Shown one piece after another: positions 58,460 through 64,000 of a DNA stretch of 64,000 nt. The notes below the pieces were generated by a model. The model saw only the letters and a program-made list of their open reading frames with translations, made no database searches and was not told where the DNA came from. The position numbers were made by a program, and so were the translations under genes. Where the stretch lies: NCBI RefSeq assembly GCF_009914755.1, contig NC_060928.1. One strand, written 5' to 3'. Numbering within the stretch: position 1 is the stretch's first letter; every line of letters starts with the position of its first letter. The stretch comes from the human T2T-CHM13v2.0 reference genome, Homo sapiens.

Positions 58460-58970
58460 TGAATTACCCCATACTTCATGGCTTAAAACAACACAAATTA
58501 TTTATCTCGTAGTTGTATAAGTTAGAAGTATGAAACAGGTCCCACTGGGCTAAAATCAAGTTGTCAGCAGGGCTGTGTGCCTCCTGGCCGAGAAGAATCA
58601 GTGCTGAGAGAAACTCTGTTTCCTTGCCTTTTCTAGCTGCTGGAGGCCACCTGCATTCCTTGGCTCATGGTCCCTTCCTCCATCTTCAAAGCCAGCAACA
58701 TAGCATCTCTCAGAGCTCTGCTTCTGACATCACATCTTCCTCCTCTGAGCCTTTCTTTCAACTCCTTCTTCCACTTTTAAAGATCCTTGTAATTACATTG
58801 TGCAACCCTGGATAATGCAGGATAATCTCCTTAATTTAAGGTCAGCTCATTAGCAAACTTAATTCCATCTGCAACCTTAACTCCCCTTTGCCATGGAACC
58901 TAACATAGTCACATACTCTGTGGATTATCATATGGATATCCTTGGGGTAACCATTATTCTGCCTATAACA
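58460..58970 (-). mobile_element. MLT1-type solo LTR
   Basis: ggcttaaaacaacacaaatt...ggctaaaatcaag...ccttggctcatggtccc...taacatagtcaca. Confidence 0.8.
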
Positions 58971-60339
58971 GGTGAGGATATTAACACATGTGATTTTTAA
59001 AAATGTTTCAAAATGAAATGTGTCAACATTTGGAACATCTGCATAACTTAGTAAGCCAGCATTTTCTAAATGACCAATGTTTGATGTTCAAAATCACAGG
59101 TGGGTAGAAGATTCATTCAAAATGCAAGACAGGTGGGTTTAATGTAACAGAGTACAAAAATTTCATAAATATGGTTTCAGATTCCAAATTTGTAACTAAC
59201 CTTTTAGAAATGAATGCTTATTGAGTTTTGATGTAGCATCAAAGAAGAATATACACAATTATCTGAAAAGGCCATGAAAATATTCATACTTTTCCAATTA
59301 CATATCTGTGTAAATCTAGATTTTCTTCATGTGATTCAACTAAAACAACAATATATTGCAACAGATTGAATGCAAAAGCAGATATGAGAATCTGTCTTCT
59401 ATAAAACCAGATGTTAAAGATATTTACAAAAACATCAACAATACCACTCACTGTATTTTTTAAAACCATAGTTATCCTTCATAAAAATATGCTTTCCTTG
59501 TTAACATGTAATAGGTTTTTTGCTGTTACTTTTTAAAAAAATCAATACTTTTTTAAATTTTAAGCTCTCAGTTTTAATTTCTAGTGTATATACTGATAGT
59601 TATAACTCACATAACAAAAGTTTTTTGGGGTCCTCAATAATTGTTAAGAATGAAAAGATATCCTGAGACCAAAATATTTGAGAGCTGCTATGCTAGAGTA
59701 GCAATTCCTTCAGAGAGAGAGAGATGAATATGAGCTCGTTAAATTCATATTCCACTTACTGCAGATCTTACTCATCCCTCAGCCTATATTGGCCCTTATA
59801 ATGATCATGACTTATTTCTACAAGGGTCATACTGGGCTGCCAAGAGGCAAGTCTACCAGCTGAAAAAAAAGGAAACCCTACCATTTGATTAAGGCAGCAG
59901 AGGTATAAAATAGAGCAGCTCTGTCCACAAAGGATAGTAAGGGAATGAGAAAGAGCAAGGAGGAGTTTGCGTGACCTCCCATCTGTCCACAAGGCAGTAG
60001 GTGTAGGAACCCAGAGGAGGCCACACCTAATGCCCTGCCTTCTTCCAGCTTTTTTGGAAGCAAAGGTAGAGCATTAAATGTGCAATTAGACCATGGCTGG
60101 AGCTCTGCTAAGGGAATGTTTCCCTAAATGAAAGCTTATGGTATATGCAATGTGTTGTGCTCATAAAGATCAGAAGAAGGTTGGTTTAAGACACCTGGCT
60201 TTTTATTGAATACCATTCTGTACAAAGAATCTGACAGGTACTTTCACATTTATCTTGGTATTTTAGTAATGCATTCTCACATCTAAGAACATAGATGTCC
60301 TCTATTGCAAATGCCTTTCTTATTGTCTGTGGAACCAAG

Positions 60340-60480
60340 TAGCTACGCAGCCTGGGACAGCTCCTTAACCTCTCCCAACTCCAGATTCCCATCTGTCACC
60401 TGTGAATAGTAATGCCTACCCATGAAGATTGTTATGAGGCTCAAGAAATAACAATAATGTATATGAAAAGGCTTTTTGAT
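60340..60480 (+). mobile_element. MIR
   Basis: cttaacctctc...cccatctgt...gattgttatgagg. Confidence 0.55.
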
Positions 60481-60799
60481 AAACTCAATTGTTTTGTAGA
60501 AATAACAGAGCCAAGGAGGAACTTGGTAAGGTGACTTTATTTCTCTCTCCCATTTTCATCATTTCCACCCTCAATTTAGCCCAGATACAACCAAAGTAAA
60601 ATCATAGTTCTTGCTATAAAAATGAAGACTTAATGTGGGGTTTCTTACTCCTCTTCCAACCAAACTGTTACTACCAAGCCCCTTCTACATATAAAAATTC
60701 TATATGTTTCTCTGTTTTATGTTTTATTTATTACTACTTAGCAATATGATATTTATACAAGAAGAATTTGAAATGTTCAGTGACTAAGTTGTGCAATCA

Positions 60800-63514
<2,715 letters not shown>

Positions 63515-63575
63515 GAACCACTTTGGCTGTTGTATGGAGAATAGACTGCTGAGCCGCAAAGACAAAGAAAGACCA

Positions 63576-63900
<325 letters not shown>

Positions 63901-64000
63901 TAGAAAGACCAACTGGGAGGCTTTTGAAACAATACAGTAGAGAAAGCAGGGTGATCACAATGGAGACAGTGAGAGATAGAGTCTAGATATATTTTTATGG

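Larger units (their letters stand above)
57452..59690. mobile_element. Charlie1-type hAT DNA transposon with nested insertions
   Basis: cagtggttttcaaaaagtggtcc...gaggtcaaaactatttt-like start and ggggtcctcaataa...cctgagaccaaaa...tttgaga end. About 1.4 kb after removing the inserts. Confidence 0.75.

Overview
Primate, almost certainly human, genomic DNA containing the complete NKX6-1 homeobox gene on the minus strand. There are three coding exons (36224-35555, 33840-33668, 31545-31285) with canonical GT-AG junctions, giving a 367-aa protein with an eh1/TN motif, poly-Ser/Ala/Pro tracts, a homeodomain and an acidic C-terminus. The gene lies in a CpG-rich block with no transposon I can recognise from about 25.5 to 42.8 kb, and a separate orphan CpG island sits about 10 kb downstream of it (19.2-22.1 kb). 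The flanks are ordinary Alu, L1, L2, MIR, MLT and hAT repeats plus microsatellites. I find no second protein-coding gene and no clearly new biological system. The best leads are regulatory or structural: a strong 3' splice-acceptor-like tract and three uORFs in the long 5' leader; convergent CTCF-like motifs bracketing the gene; a CpG-preserved Alu inside the orphan island; an exact 29-bp composite homeobox/FOX/PBX-HOX motif duplicated 1005 bp apart; a near-pure AT minisatellite enclosed by a ~100-bp direct duplication; and a Pumilio element overlapping the proximal poly(A) signal. Repeat subfamilies and boundaries were assigned by eye and are approximate.
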